Assembly (NCBI GenBank): GCA_043228905.1
Contig: JBHGNT010000006.1
Location: 15,438,001 to 15,502,000 of the forward strand
Reading direction: 5' to 3'
DNA length: 64,000 nucleotides
Source: Azolla caroliniana
Taxonomy: Eukaryota > Plantae > Polypodiophyta
A program made the position numbers and the translations under genes. This document shows, one piece after another, positions 50,601 through 61,723 of the stretch; positions within the stretch are counted from its first letter, which is position 1, and each line of letters starts with the position of its first letter. The notes under the pieces are model-generated. The model worked only from the letters and a program-made list of their open reading frames with translations, did not search any database and was not told where the DNA came from.

Positions 50601-51332
50601 GAATTCGCTTACAACAACTCAGCCCATTCTTCTACAGGATATTCCCCATTTTTCGCATATACGGGCTGTCATCCTCGATGGACGATGAATGCGCATCCAG
50701 AAGTTCCTACCAACCCTGCTGCCGAGGATCGTCTTAGTCGCCTCCAAGAAATTCAAGCTAACATTCTCCACAATTTGCATGATGCTCAATTTACACACAA
50801 GAGGCTTGCCGATCGTCATCGTCTAGACTCCTCAAAAAAGTTCCACATTGGGGATCATGTATGGCTTCTCCAACACAACATCAAGACCACTCGACCTTGC
50901 AGTAAATTGGATTACCAACGTTTTGGCCCTTACATGATCACTGGTAAGATAAGTGATGTTGCATTTCGTCTTGACCTCCCTCCGCACATGCATCTTCATC
51001 CGGTGTTTCATGTATCCCTTTTGGAACCTTATACTACAAGTTCAATTCCGGGCCGTCTTACAACACCCCCACCACCTGTCGAGTTCTTGGACGGGCCTGA
51101 ATTTGAAGTTGCTGCCGTTCTCGATTCTAAAATCGTGCGCAACAAGTTGTATTACTTGGTCGATTGGCTAGGCTATACCCCCAATGATCGAACTTGGGAA
51201 CCTGCCACAAATCTTTCCAATGCTGCAGAACTCGTCAATGCATTTCATCGCCAATATCCTTGTAAACCAGGTCCTAATACAAACCCTACGACCCGTGAGA
51301 CGTGTCGTCGAAGAAGGGGGATAGTGTCATGA
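47685..51332 (+). CDS. pol: Chromovirus Pol (PR-RT-RH-INT-chromodomain), -1 frame relative to gag
   Basis: LLDSGA; YLDDIL; EADASD; NYEIHDKELLA; ISDRGPQF; GPY; FEVAAVLDSKIVRNKLYYLVDWLGY..TWEP; frame is open from 47652. Confidence 0.95.
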   Translation, partial: KRVSPAKIGAIWLDHPSYVELVPSRGSISSNEVSRVFSAQVELTTSTCHRVLASALLDSGANSCFMDREFALSQNILLNKLPNPVAVGVIDGRPIASGDIVEESEPIRIVLGNLASIISFNIIRSPDHPIVLGLPWFELHNPKIDWMKRTIEETREKSTNPASLSPTCANRSPELSPISLRQLREEGGNEAMFVFAIVATPSSTSRDADIKLPEKYKEFSDVFDKVKANTLPEHRPYDCPIDLQPGKEPPWGPIYNLSPVELETLREYIDENLANGFIRHSRSPAGAPIFFVKKKNGTLRLVVDYRGLNKVTIRNRYALPLIPNLLERLSGAKYFTKLDLRGAYNLVRIRPGDEWKTAFRTRYGHFEYTVMPFGLTNAPAVFQHMANDIFRDFLDIFTIVYLDDILIYSKTQEEHDAHVRQVLCRLREYGLYAKLEKCSFGQNQVEFLGYVVSSNGIAMDPMKVQAILEWQTPLSVRDVQCFLGFANFYRKFIKDYSKVVLPLTQLTHKDQPFIWSSDASEAFESLKRAFTTAPILAHVDPTKRFILEADASDFALGSVLSQTGDDGQLHPVAFHSRKFEAAEINYEIHDKELLAIVDSFQQWRHFLKGSSQQIIVYNDHKNLTYFQNARVLSRRQARWAQFLTHFDFIIIYRPGMQQGKADALSRRSYMELRPGEPAFEHQKQILLGPNRLRLMVVNAITTLENSTLLDSIRDHMATDDFAKDVLDHIVPDRASCSQSKNPHNDYCQFYWHDGFLFRQNLLYVPDGPPRLQVLQHCHDSPMAGHFGVHKTLELISRRYWWPRLRHFVEEYVRSCDICCRSKNPRHRPYGLLQPLPIPETPWKSISLDFITDLPVSKGFDAILTVVDRFTKMAHFLPCTKSITSQETVDLVMREVFKHHGLPDDIISDRGPQFISKFWKHLFKLLHISVKLSSGYHPETNGQTERTNQTLEQYLRCFINYQQDDWVAFLHLAEFAYNNSAHSSTGYSPFFAYTGCHPRWTMNAHPEVPTNPAAEDRLSRLQEIQANILHNLHDAQFTHKRLADRHRLDSSKKFHIGDHVWLLQHNIKTTRPCSKLDYQRFGPYMITGKISDVAFRLDLPPHMHLHPVFHVSLLEPYTTSSIPGRLTTPPPPVEFLDGPEFEVAAVLDSKIVRNKLYYLVDWLGYTPNDRTWEPATNLSNAAELVNAFHRQYPCKPGPNTNPTTRETCRRRRGIVS

Positions 51333-51800
51333 TAACAGTCACATCATGCATCGAAAGGATCATGACACTCACATTATGACTCGAAAGGATTTGAACCCAC
51401 GACCTTGTTGTACACATGTCAAATCCTTAACCATTGTATTAATATTCTTATATGTATAGTCTCTAGAATATGAAATCTAATATCATAGGAATATTCTATA
51501 TTACTCTACATTCTAGAATGACCTAGAATATTCTAGAGTGTTCTATACCACTAGAACCTTCTAGAATACTCTAGAGATCTTCTAGATTACTCTACATTCT
51601 AGGATAACCTAGAATATTCTAGAGAGTTCTCTATTACTTATAAATAGGGATCTACCACCCATCCCAAACCTAAATTGGTTCAACGCCATTTTGTAGCCTA
51701 CTCTTTGTAATCCATTTTACGCTTCAATATAATAATTCTCTTTCAATTATCTCTCTATCTCTTTTTCTCTCTCTTTCTCTCTCTCAGTCTTGACATCTGA

Positions 51801-53869
51801 AGGTGTTCGGGTGTCTCGCATATGTGCATGTGGCAAAGGACCGGAGAGGAAAGCTAGATCCAAAGACCCGGCCATGCATATTCCTCGGTTACGGCGATGA
51901 CGAGTTCGGCTACCGAGTATGGGACCCGGTCGACAAAAAGATATTCCGGAGTCGCGATATCATCTTCATGGAGGACAAGACACTCGCCGACTGGGAGTCA
52001 GAGAAGAAGATGAAGAGCTCCAAGTCGACCGGTGAGGATCAACTCTACGAGGAGCAGTCCCGACCGGCAAGGGACCGGTTAGCACTCGAGGATCCGGCCG
52101 AAGACGGTGAAGAAACAGAACCGGCCGAGGAAGATGAAACTGATACCGGAACCGGCCCCGATCCCGAAATGGATTCGGATGAAGAGGAAACGGAGGAGTC
52201 GGTTACCGAAGCTCCGGAACGGAGATATCCTCTAAGAGAGAGAAGGGCCCCCCCGAGATTTCCGGAACCAGAGCACGTGCTGCTAACCGACGAGGGGGAG
52301 CCGGAGAGTTTTGAAGAAGCAAAGCTTGACATCCATAGCCGCAGATGGTTAAGTGCCATGCAGGAGGAGATGGATTCCCTGCATGAGAACCACACATATG
52401 AACTTGTGGAGTTGCCGAAAGGAAAACGGGCACTTCGAAACAAGTGGGTGTTCAAGCTGAAACCGGGAGATGCCGGAAACCCCCCGAGATACAAAGCCAG
52501 GATCGTGGTGAAGGGGTTCCAGCAGAAGAAGGGCGTCGACTTCGACGAGATATTTGTCCCGGTAGTGAAGATGACCTCCATCCGGACGGTGCTGAGCATA
52601 GCGGCAAGCATGGACCTCGAGGTAGAACAGATGGACGTGAAGACGGCATTCCTTCACGGTGACCTCGAAGAAGAGATCTACATGCAGCAACCGGAAGGAT
52701 TCGAGAAGAAAGGGAAGGAGCACCTGGTATGCCGGTTGAAGAAGAGCCTTTACGGACTGAAGCAGGCTCCCCGGCAATGGTACCGGAAGTTCGACTCTTT
52801 CATGACCGACGAAGGGTACCACAAAACGCAGTCCGATCACTGCGTGTTTGTGAAGAAGTTCGAAGGAGGAGACTTTCTAATACTCCTCCTGTACGTGGAC
52901 GACATGTTGATCGTCGGACGGGACCAGGTCAAGATACGGATGCTGAAGAAAGCGCTTCACCGAACCTTCTCAATGAAGGACCTGGGTCCGGCGAGGCAAA
53001 TACTAGGGATGCACATCATCCGGGACCGGAAGAAGAAGCAGTTGTGGCTGTCACAGGAGAAGTACGTGACAAAGGTGCTTCACCGGTTCAACATGTCGGA
53101 AGCAAGACCGGTCGGGTCAACCCTCCCGGCAAACTGCAAGTTGTCTAGCAAGCAAAGCCCCAAGACCAAGGCTGAGAAGGAGGACATGATGAAAGTACCA
53201 TATGCCTCTGCCGTCGGAAGCTTGATGTACGCAATGGTGTGTACAAGACCGGACATAGGATACGCAGTCGGAGTGGTGAGCCGGTACATGAGCAATCCCG
53301 GCAAAGAACACTGGAACGCGGTCAAGTGGATACTCCGATACCTGAAGGGCACGGGAAACGTGTGCCTCCGATTCGGCTCCGGTAAGCCCGAACTCGACGG
53401 CTTTACCGATTCGGATATGTCGGCTGATGCAGACACCAGCCGGTCCACATCAGGGTATGTGATGACGTATGCAGGGGGAGCTGTTTCGTGGCAGTCGAGG
53501 CTGCAGAAGACGGTTGCGTTGTCAACCACGGAGGCGGAGTACATGGCGGCTGTTGAAGCCGGCAAGGAAATAATATGGATGAAGGACTTCATTAGAGAGC
53601 TCGGTATCCGGTAGGAGGAGTACCGACTCTACTGCGACAGTCAGAGTGCCATCCACCTTGCGAAGAACGCGGCCTATCACTCCCGGACGAAGCACATCCA
53701 GTGAAGATATCACTGGATCCGGGAAAGGATAGAAGACAAGGAGTTCGTGCTGACGAAGATCCACACGGACGAGAACGGGTCGGATATGCTGACCAAGGTG
53801 CTCACACCCGACAAGCTGGAAGCATGCCGAAAGAGGATCGGATTGGAGAGACATCCCATGCCGAAGTGA
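51801..53869 (+). pseudogene. Copia H polyprotein, 3' part (integrase C-terminus, RT, RNase H)
   Basis: VFGCLAYVHV; MDVKTAFLHG; LYGLKQAPRQW; LLYVDDML; LSTTEAEY; stops at 53612 and near 53702. Confidence 0.92.
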
Positions 53870-54254
53870 AGGGTGAGTTTGTTGGGATTTCGGTCCCTCC
53901 GGATGGGATGTCCGGAGATGAATGACGGCAAGCCCGGTTGCGGTTACGGAACCGGAGGATGAAGAGTACCCGGCATGAAGCCGGATGAAGAGTACCCGGC
54001 ATGAAGCCGGATGAAGAGTACCGGGCTACGGATTCGGATGATGAAGACCCCGGCTACGGAGCCGGATGACGAATGTACCCGGAGAGAGATCCGGATGCGG
54101 GGACATATTTGTGAATATGTTTGCCAAGGGCCCTTGAGGATATATTTGTAAATAGCCCGAAAGTCATATGTGTATAAATATGACTTAGGTCAAACAGTTT
54201 ATGGGCTGTTACTCATTTTTCTGGTCTTCTACTTAGAGGGAGTGAAGTGAGCAG

Positions 54255-54289
<35 letters not shown>

Positions 54290-57200
54290 GAAGAGGTCGT
54301 TGCCTCTGTGTATTACCGCCGCCTGTGGCGAAGACAGTGAGCTCAAGGTTGTTGCCTTGTAGCTTCACCATTGTACATCTCTGTTTATAGTGATAGTTGG
54401 AGTTTGAGGACTCTCGTGGTTTTTCCCATTTAGGGTTTTCCACGTAAAACATCCTGTGTACTCTTCTCTCTATTGTCTTCGTACATATTTGTATTTCCTG
54501 TTTTTCTGTGAGTTGATCCTATTCCTCGGTTGTGGCCGAGCACTGTGTTTAACATCATGTTCTTACGAGCCGTAGACATCCGGGACCGGAAGGATCTTGG
54601 AGTGCTTCTAGAGGACACGACTACTGAGAGTGGCCTCAGCGAAACATGGGAAAGCATGCGGGATATCGTCGCGCGATACACAAAGAGGGGGAAATGGCTT
54701 GCCAACAAAGAAAAGAGGGTTTCGGAACCGATTCTGAAACCGAGATCCGAATCGGAAGACCATCAACCGCGGGCTCGGGAGACTACGACCGAGAAGGGAA
54801 TCGATGCAACCACGGTGGATCAATTGCTGAAGGAGATGGAGAATCTGAAAATCGCGATGGTGAAGAAGACGGAAGACCGTCCCACAAGTTCCAAGTACAT
54901 GGACCGTCGATGCATATGGTGCGATAGCACCGAACATGATCGAAGAGATTGCGACGAGCACAAGGAGGCGTTACGATGGGAGAGAATCCTCGATAGCCGG
55001 GTAGAATTTTTGCTTCGGGAATTACTCGGAATAGCGAACGAGTTCCATGATCTTCTTGTGGATCTCGTGAAGAGAAAAAGACAAAGTACGGAGGAAAATG
55101 CGCCAATGGTGAATGCAAATACCGTTCTGATTGTTCTGATGAACGACACTGAAGTGGAGGATGAAATTCCGAATTCCCACTATACAAAGCCACACTTGGC
55201 GCGTGCAACTACCGAGACTCCGGTCCGAATCGGCAACATCAAAGAGCCCGTGCTAGCATTGATTGATCACGGATCGGAGATCAATTTGATGTCTAAGGAG
55301 TTCTACTGGAAGGGGAAGTGGCCTATTAACACCAATCATGGATGGAAGATCCGGGCGGCCACTAAAGCAACGAAAGATCTATTTGCGGCTTGTCCGGATG
55401 TGACAGTGAAGATTGGGGATGTCGAGATCGACCAAAATTTCTTCGTACAAGACAAGGTCTCACACTCCGTGATCCTCAGGCAACCCTTTATCACGGCTTC
55501 ACGGATGGAGACAAAGGTGCTCGATAGCGGTGCGGCTTTCACACAAATTCGGAGCCAAAGCGGAGGGAAATCCGTCCAATTCCTAACTGTGCCGGCAAAT
55601 CATGAAAGGAACAAGAGAGAACTCTTGTCCCAAACAAGGATGGATTTTTAGAGCGGACTGTTGCGGAGTGGGGAAGTGATAGTCCGAGAAGCCCTGATAC
55701 CCCACACAGGAAGAAAACTCTCGGAGCAAAAAAAGTACGAATTGGTCCGGATGGGGCATCTACGTACACGGCCGTAACCGGAGGAATGAAGAAAGAATAC
55801 CGAAAAGTGGAGGATAAGTTACGGTCGGTATCAATAATAAAAGAAGATGAAGAAATCGTGGGAATAGTCGAAGAAGTGTTCTATGGGAGCACGCTACAAT
55901 GGCTTGAAGAGCTCGCGGAAGATACTCGGGATGATGTGGTGTTGCACGATATCGGATGTGGCTATGCTAAGGTGGATTGCATATGTTAAGTCACTTAATC
56001 CGGAGGTACGACACATCTCCGTAAAAGACAACGCGGTAGCAGATATGCTATCAAGGGCGCGGTTCGGAGATGACATAACCGAATCCGATACTGAAGAAGT
56101 TTCTGAAGACTACTTTGCTTCGGAGCATATATGTTGGGTGAACGTAATCCGAGAATTCCGGGAAGAAGAATACGAGGGAGAAAGCTTGCTGATCGGGTAC
56201 AAGAAATCGAGGAATCATTGGACAATAAAGAGAAGAGAGCCAAGATCCGAAGTAAGAAGCGGCAAGTCTGAAAGTTCTTCTTGAAAAATGGATTAATATG
56301 GAGGGAGCCAAAAAGACCGGATGGCATACCACTTTGGGTAGTCGGGACAAAAGAGCAACGAAACCGGATAATGTCCGAATTTCACGAATCCGATTGGGCT
56401 GGACATCGAGAAACATGGGTAACTTTTGTGAAAATCAAACAAAAATATTGGTGTGAGAACATGTACAAAGATATAGCGAAATTCACGGAAAGCTACGAGA
56501 AGTGTCAAATCTACTCCGGAGTTCGACACTGAGATGAGTTACATCCGACATTCTCACCGACAATGAACTTCAAATGGATGGTCGATATTGTAGCCATGCC
56601 AACCGGGATCGGACAAAAGAAGTACTTGGTGTTAGCTCGGGAAGATCTCACAAACCAAGTAGAAGGTCGGGCGCTACAAAGGAAAACGTGTTCTGCGGTA
56701 TGCCAATTTCTTTTGGAGGAGGTGTTTTGCGCGTAGGACAAGTGATTGCAGATCAGGGAGAACTCGACTCTGATAAAGCTAAGGAATTCTTCACCAAACA
56801 TGGAGTTCGGTTAACACTAACAACGGCATACAATCCGGAGGCCAACAGGAAAATCGAATGAGGACATAGTCCGATCGTCAAAGCACTTGCCAAAGCATGC
56901 GACGGAAGGGTGAAGGATTGGCCGCAGATGCTCCCATATGCACTATGGGCGGATCGGATGACGCATAGCTCCGTAACCGGTTACATGTCGGCAGAACTCA
57001 TGACAGGACAAGCATCGGTAATGCCAACGAAAACCGCAATCGCGACATGGACAGTGCTACCGTGGAAGGAAGAGATCAGCCGGGAAGAACTACTAGCGGT
57101 CCGGATACGACAACTAGAGGGAAGACCGGAAGACATAGCGGAAGCAATACGCCGACAACAAGAAGCATGATTCCGGAATAAAAGCCGGTTCGACACAAAG

Positions 57201-57634
57201 CACCGACTACGACCGCGGAAGATTGAAGAAGGAGATTGGGCGATTGTCTACAATAGTAGTTTGGATCATCAACATACAACGATGCGGAAGTTCGCGAAAA
57301 GGTGGTTCGGGCCATACGAGGTTCGAAAAGTTTTCGACAACGGAACCTACCGACTATGCGAGTTGGATGGAATGATGCTACGAGTGCCTATAGCCGGGAA
57401 ACGGGTGAAGATTTTCAAGAAGCGGACCGATGAAGAACCCTATATGATCCTAGACAAGACCGACAAGAAGGAGCAATCGGACGAAGATCGCGGTGATGCG
57501 GAAAGCGAAGAAAGTGGATTACAACTCATAGTCGACTTAAGGGGAGAATTGGAGGAAACTTCAGATGAAGGTGAATAGCAAGGATCGGGGACTTCGGCGC
57601 ATACCGGAGGATGTGCGGGTTCGGAGGGGGCAAG

Positions 57635-58292
57635 TGTCGTAGTGTGAATCACACACTACGTGAAATATGTAAAATACTATATCCAATTTAAAGTACGTAT
57701 AATAAATAAAATAAAATATTAAAAATATTTATTACGTGCATAGGGTAGGGTTCGAACCCTATACCTCCATGTAGATAAACCCCAACCTTACCACTATACT
57801 AGCATATCATGAATGTTAAAGTTATACTAAACGTTATCCCATGTAAATGTGCTAGATATGCATGGTACAAAAAGTTATTCATGCATACACACTCGAGTTA
57901 AAAGAAAAGATGGGATAGAAAGTTAATCATGCACATGCAGTGTGCATGAAAACTAAAGTTAGGAAAAGCATGATGCTTGCATGTGATAAATTTAGACTCT
58001 TCCAACGCTATATAAGGGAGAGAGAAAGATGTATAGTGGTTGTTGCTTATTTTACAAGGGTGGATTAATATAATATAATCGTGGGATTCACGAATTTGCT
58101 AACTATTTTTCTCTCTTAATCTAAGTACTCACTAATACACTATACTCGAGGGATTCACGAGGTTTTCATATATTTCTTTCTTACAACATATTTCATATTC
58201 TTCATTGCCTTAAAATTTTCTTTTCTCCTAGTCCAAAACCTTAGTGGTTCCCGCTCGACTCACACAACGATCCGGTGCCGAAAGGCACGACA
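57635..58292 (+). repeat. 3' LTR of D, with antisense tRNA-like module at 57737-57804
   Basis: TGTCGTAG...GGCACGACA; minus strand TAGTATAGTGGTAAG...AGGTATAGGGTTCGAACCC...TTTTT. Confidence 0.85.
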
Positions 58293-58892
58293 TCGTGCCA
58301 TTACAACCTCCCTTCCGCAACCAACCACTGAGTTGGTTACCACTAAGATACCGAATAAGCCATTGTGGAAGGAATCCAAGCCCTAAACTCTCTTGAGTAA
58401 GAAGTAGAATAGAATCTAAACTCATAAACCCTAAAAACCTAAGTCCTCTAGTATGTTGAAGAGAAAAGAAGAAGCTCTCAAACCCTAACCCTAAAAGGAA
58501 AAGAAAAGGGGAAAGGGCAAAGGGAGACTACCAAACCCTAAAATCAAGAAGAAGAGGAAAATATGAAACCCTAGTGGTACACCCCAAGAAGACAAAATGG
58601 GTGACCCCCAAATAAACCCTATCACTCCTCTCTTATAGAGGAAAGAGGAGCTTATTTTAACATTACATGCTTTTTTTCTTTCTTTATCACAAAAATGGAA
58701 GGGAAGCAAAATGATTTGTAAGAAGAGAGACTCAAACTCTATACCTCTCTACACATACTTATAAGCCTTAACAACTAAGCTATTACAATTTACTTATTAT
58801 TTATTTTTTTGGTTTTATTTATTTATACATTATTTCATGAGATATGTGTGGAACCTCGCTTTTTCTCACACTACACACGCCACACCACGACA

Positions 58893-60753
58893 CTGGTCCC
58901 CATACATCCAAATGTATTAGATCGAGCTTGTTACGGCTCCGTTTTTTTTGGTGGGGAACGGAAGTCGGTGTTGCTTCCCGAGCTGGTAGGCTTCACAAAT
59001 TTGGGCCTTCCGGCCATTGATTTTTGGCAATCCAAAAACTACCTATTTCAATTGCAGGTCTTGAAGCCGTTGATAGTTGACGTGGCGGATCCGCTTGTGC
59101 CACAAGTCGATATCCCACAAGGAGGTGCCAACGTCGTTGGTGTCGAGGATGAACATCCTCCCGTCCTGGCGCCCTTGCGCGATGATCCAACCCTCTTCCT
59201 CAATGAAGCACCCGAGGTGCGTAAACCACACTTGCATCCGTTGGTCGACGATCTGACCGACCGACACCAAGTTCTTTGTGATTGTCGGGACGTGAAGCAC
59301 ATTCATAAGCTTCCCTTGTTATCCGACATGACTGAAGGGAACTTGTCCGACATGCACGATCGGGTGATGAGTGTCGTCTCCGGTTTTGACAACTCCTGGT
59401 TGCTCTGGCTTTTCCAGAAACGAGAACCACTCTTTATGGCTTGTCATGTGATTAGACGCTCCAGAGTCAACGTACCACACATCCTCGAATCTGGAAGTGG
59501 TCTTCTTCATCGTGTTTTCCTTGTGCTTTATCACAAAGGTTGGCCCTTTTCCGGTCTTACCAGTTCCGGATCCTTCTGGGTAGTGCGAGCTTTTGCCGGT
59601 TCCCTTGTTCGGTCTTATCGGATCCTGATTTATCCAAATCGGTGTGCTTCTTCCAGCACTCACTTTCCCGGTGGCCTTTTTTGCCATAGTACCAACATTC
59701 CATCTCAGCTTTCGATTGCCAGTTTCCGGTGTCAAGGTGGTTGTGGTTCGTGTGGCGAAGTCGCAGGGACTAAGGTTAAAGGGACTCGGCTATATATTTT
59801 ATAAGGCTTTGTGCATCGATGTTAGGAAGATTAAGGATAGGAAGAAGAAGAGTTAAAAGTAATGTGTGACAGAGAGACGAGTATAGAAAAAGATAGAGAC
59901 AATGTGTGATTGAAGAATTGAAATGGTATGATAAGAACAAACTTTATATTAAGAAGTCAAGATTTTACCAACTGTATAATGATTTATCGCAAGATGCAAT
60001 CTTCCTTTGCTGAACTCTGGATTTGAACCCTCGACTTCAACTCCAAGACATGAGCCTCTTTGCAAATGAGCTAACTTATTTGTTTGATTATATTATTTTG
60101 TAACTTTTTGTTGATTCCCTCCCTTACTTGATTCATTTCTTGATTCGTTGTCTCTCTTGATAGGTTCATGTAATGCATGTGATGCATGTGATGCATGATT
60201 GCCATTTGGCGCACATGCATTACATGTGATGCATGTGATGCATGATTGCAATTTGGCACACATGCGTTACATGTGATGCATGATAGCCATCATGCTTATC
60301 TAAGCTCTAATCTATGAAGATAGACATGTCATAAGTATCTTGATGAAAATATAATCATAGGAAATAACTTATCCTTATGTTATATAGTTCAAACTTGGTG
60401 TGTGAGGTTATGGGTTCAAATTGCCAAAATTTTACTTAATACAATATTTAAGTTTATTTGTATTATAAAGTATATTATTTATAATATCTTAAAAAAATAG
60501 CCTAAGCGAGTGGTATGTACTTTATATTTGGTATGTAAGTTTGTGCGTTCAAGTCTCTTAAATATTACCAAATACAATATTCAAGTTTATTTTTATATCG
60601 TGAAGCACATCCTTCACGACACTGGTGCCTCCTTGACTCCCCCTGCTTGTGGAGGGTCCAGAATTGCTGTCGGCACTATCTCCGTGCCTCCGATTCCGCT
60701 CTTGTCGACTGCGTCCATTGCGTGCTGACCCACCTTGTCCTCCACGCCCACAG
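58893..60753 (-). mobile_element. Copia C, 5' part (gag knuckle, protease, GAG-pre-integrase), split by element F
   Basis: WYVDSGASNHMT; KNLVSVGQ; DLWHKRIRH; gag continues at 60622-60753. Confidence 0.85.
59730..60621. mobile_element. Element F: solo LTR, probably in minus orientation
   Basis: TGTCA...CTTCACGACA; flanks CCGG/CTGG; CATGCA-rich block; tRNA-like modules at 60010-60075 (-) and about 60375-60428 (+, degenerate). Confidence 0.75.
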
Positions 60754-60921
60754 TGTCATGAACATATACCAAAACTCCAAGACTTGTAATAAGGATTCGA
60801 ACCCATTACCTCGTCAAAGATAATGTGTAGCTTCAACCACTAGGATACATCATATTACATTTATTAAATTGTAAATTCTTATATTAGATCATGAAGAAAT
60901 ATATCTAATAGTGTGAAACGT
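60754..60921 (+). mobile_element. Start of another LTR (element I), interrupted by G
   Basis: TGTCATGAAC terminus breaking Copia C gag; antisense A/B-box module 60783-60850 (TATCCTAGTGG...AGGTAATGGGTTCGAATCC). Confidence 0.6.
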
Positions 60922-61024
60922 TGTCGTAGTGTATTTCGTACACTACGTGAAAAAGTAAAAATAATATAACCGATTTAATTACATATAAATAAATAAAATA
61001 ATATATCAAAATATTTATCACGTG

Positions 61025-61090
61025 CATAGGGCAAGATTCGAACCCTATACCTCCACGTAGCCAAACCTCAACTTTACCATTATGCTACCT
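61025..61090 (-). promoter_or_regulatory. tRNA-like A-box/B-box module in the G LTR (copy at 63876-63940)
   Basis: Minus strand TAGCATAATGGTAAAG...AGGTATAGGGTTCGAATC. Confidence 0.65.
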
Positions 61091-61723
61091 TATCTTTAGT
61101 GTTCTATAAATAGATTTAATAACTATAAGTCCTTTATTTGCGCCTACCTTTATTAAAAGGTAAATCATGTATTTTTAGAGTGCGTGAATATTTTATAGAA
61201 AAACGCAAGCAACTAAAAAGTGACTCATGCACATCTAGCGTGCATGAGCACTATATTTAGCAAATAAAAGCAAGGATTAGAAAAGCATCACATGCACATT
61301 TAGTGTGCATGAACATATTAGAAAAAGCATGTAGTTATGCTTAGTCTCTCCCATCACTACATAAGGATGGGGAGCACAATGTAATAGGCGTGTGAAATAT
61401 TTGGAAATTGGATATATTTCCGAAAACACCAACCGATTAATATAATCGTGGGATTCACGAAAATAATATAATCTATACTTGTGGGATTCACAAGTTTCTT
61501 ATATCTTTCTTTCAATCTAAATACATATTTTATCTAAATATTGATTAATCGAATACAATACACTCGTGGGATTCACGAAATTTCTATCTCTCTTTCTAAT
61601 AATCTATTCATTACTAGCTTCATCTCATATTCTTCTTTCTCCTAGTCCAAAACCTCGGCGGTTCCCACCCGACACACGCAACGATTCGGAGCCGAAAGGC
61701 ACGACACAGTTGGTGAACCCGAC

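Larger units (their letters stand above)
46011..51795 (+). mobile_element. Nearly intact chromovirus (Tcn1/Tf1-sushi-like Gypsy) inserted in Copia H integrase
   Basis: 471-bp LTRs 46011-46481 and 51325-51795 (one mismatch seen); TSD TCTGA; PPT AAGAAGGGGGA; open gag and pol. Confidence 0.96.
43303..54554 (+). mobile_element. Element H: full-length Ty1/Copia (Tnt1/Tork-like), young but carrying stops
   Basis: LTRs 43303-43975 and 53880-54554; TSD TCATG; tRNA-iMet PBS TGGTATCAGAGC at 43979; PPT GAAGGGTGAG. Confidence 0.95.
42379..58292 (+). mobile_element. Element D: tRNA-Trp-primed Gypsy, RT and most RNase H deleted
   Basis: 5' LTR (left end lost) to 42790; PBS 42795; gag 42808-43302 resumes at 54560; CIWCDSTEHDRRDC; LIDHGSEINLM; integrase 56281-57578; 3' LTR 57635-58292. 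Confidence 0.85.
42214..58892. mobile_element. Element E: solo-LTR-like unit (42214-~42378 and 58293-58892) splitting Copia C and hosting element D
   Basis: TGTCG...CACGACA ends; flanks TTGG/CTGG; removal restores the Copia integrase DVW(G)PAQNISLGGS region. Confidence 0.65.

Noticed and set aside
52045-53592. Long antisense and alternative-frame ORFs over Copia H RT (also over A1, D and chromovirus pol)
   Set aside because: Shadow ORFs of GC-rich coding sequence with no recognisable motifs.
58809-59804. 331-aa plus-strand ORF as a gene
   Set aside because: It is the antisense of the Copia C protease/pre-integrase region and crosses element boundaries.
61655-61706. Ribozyme in the GC-rich U5 (GCCGAAAGGC hairpin shared by D and G)
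   Set aside because: No hammerhead core (CUGAnGA...GAAA) or other ribozyme consensus seen; more likely an ordinary U5 stem-loop.
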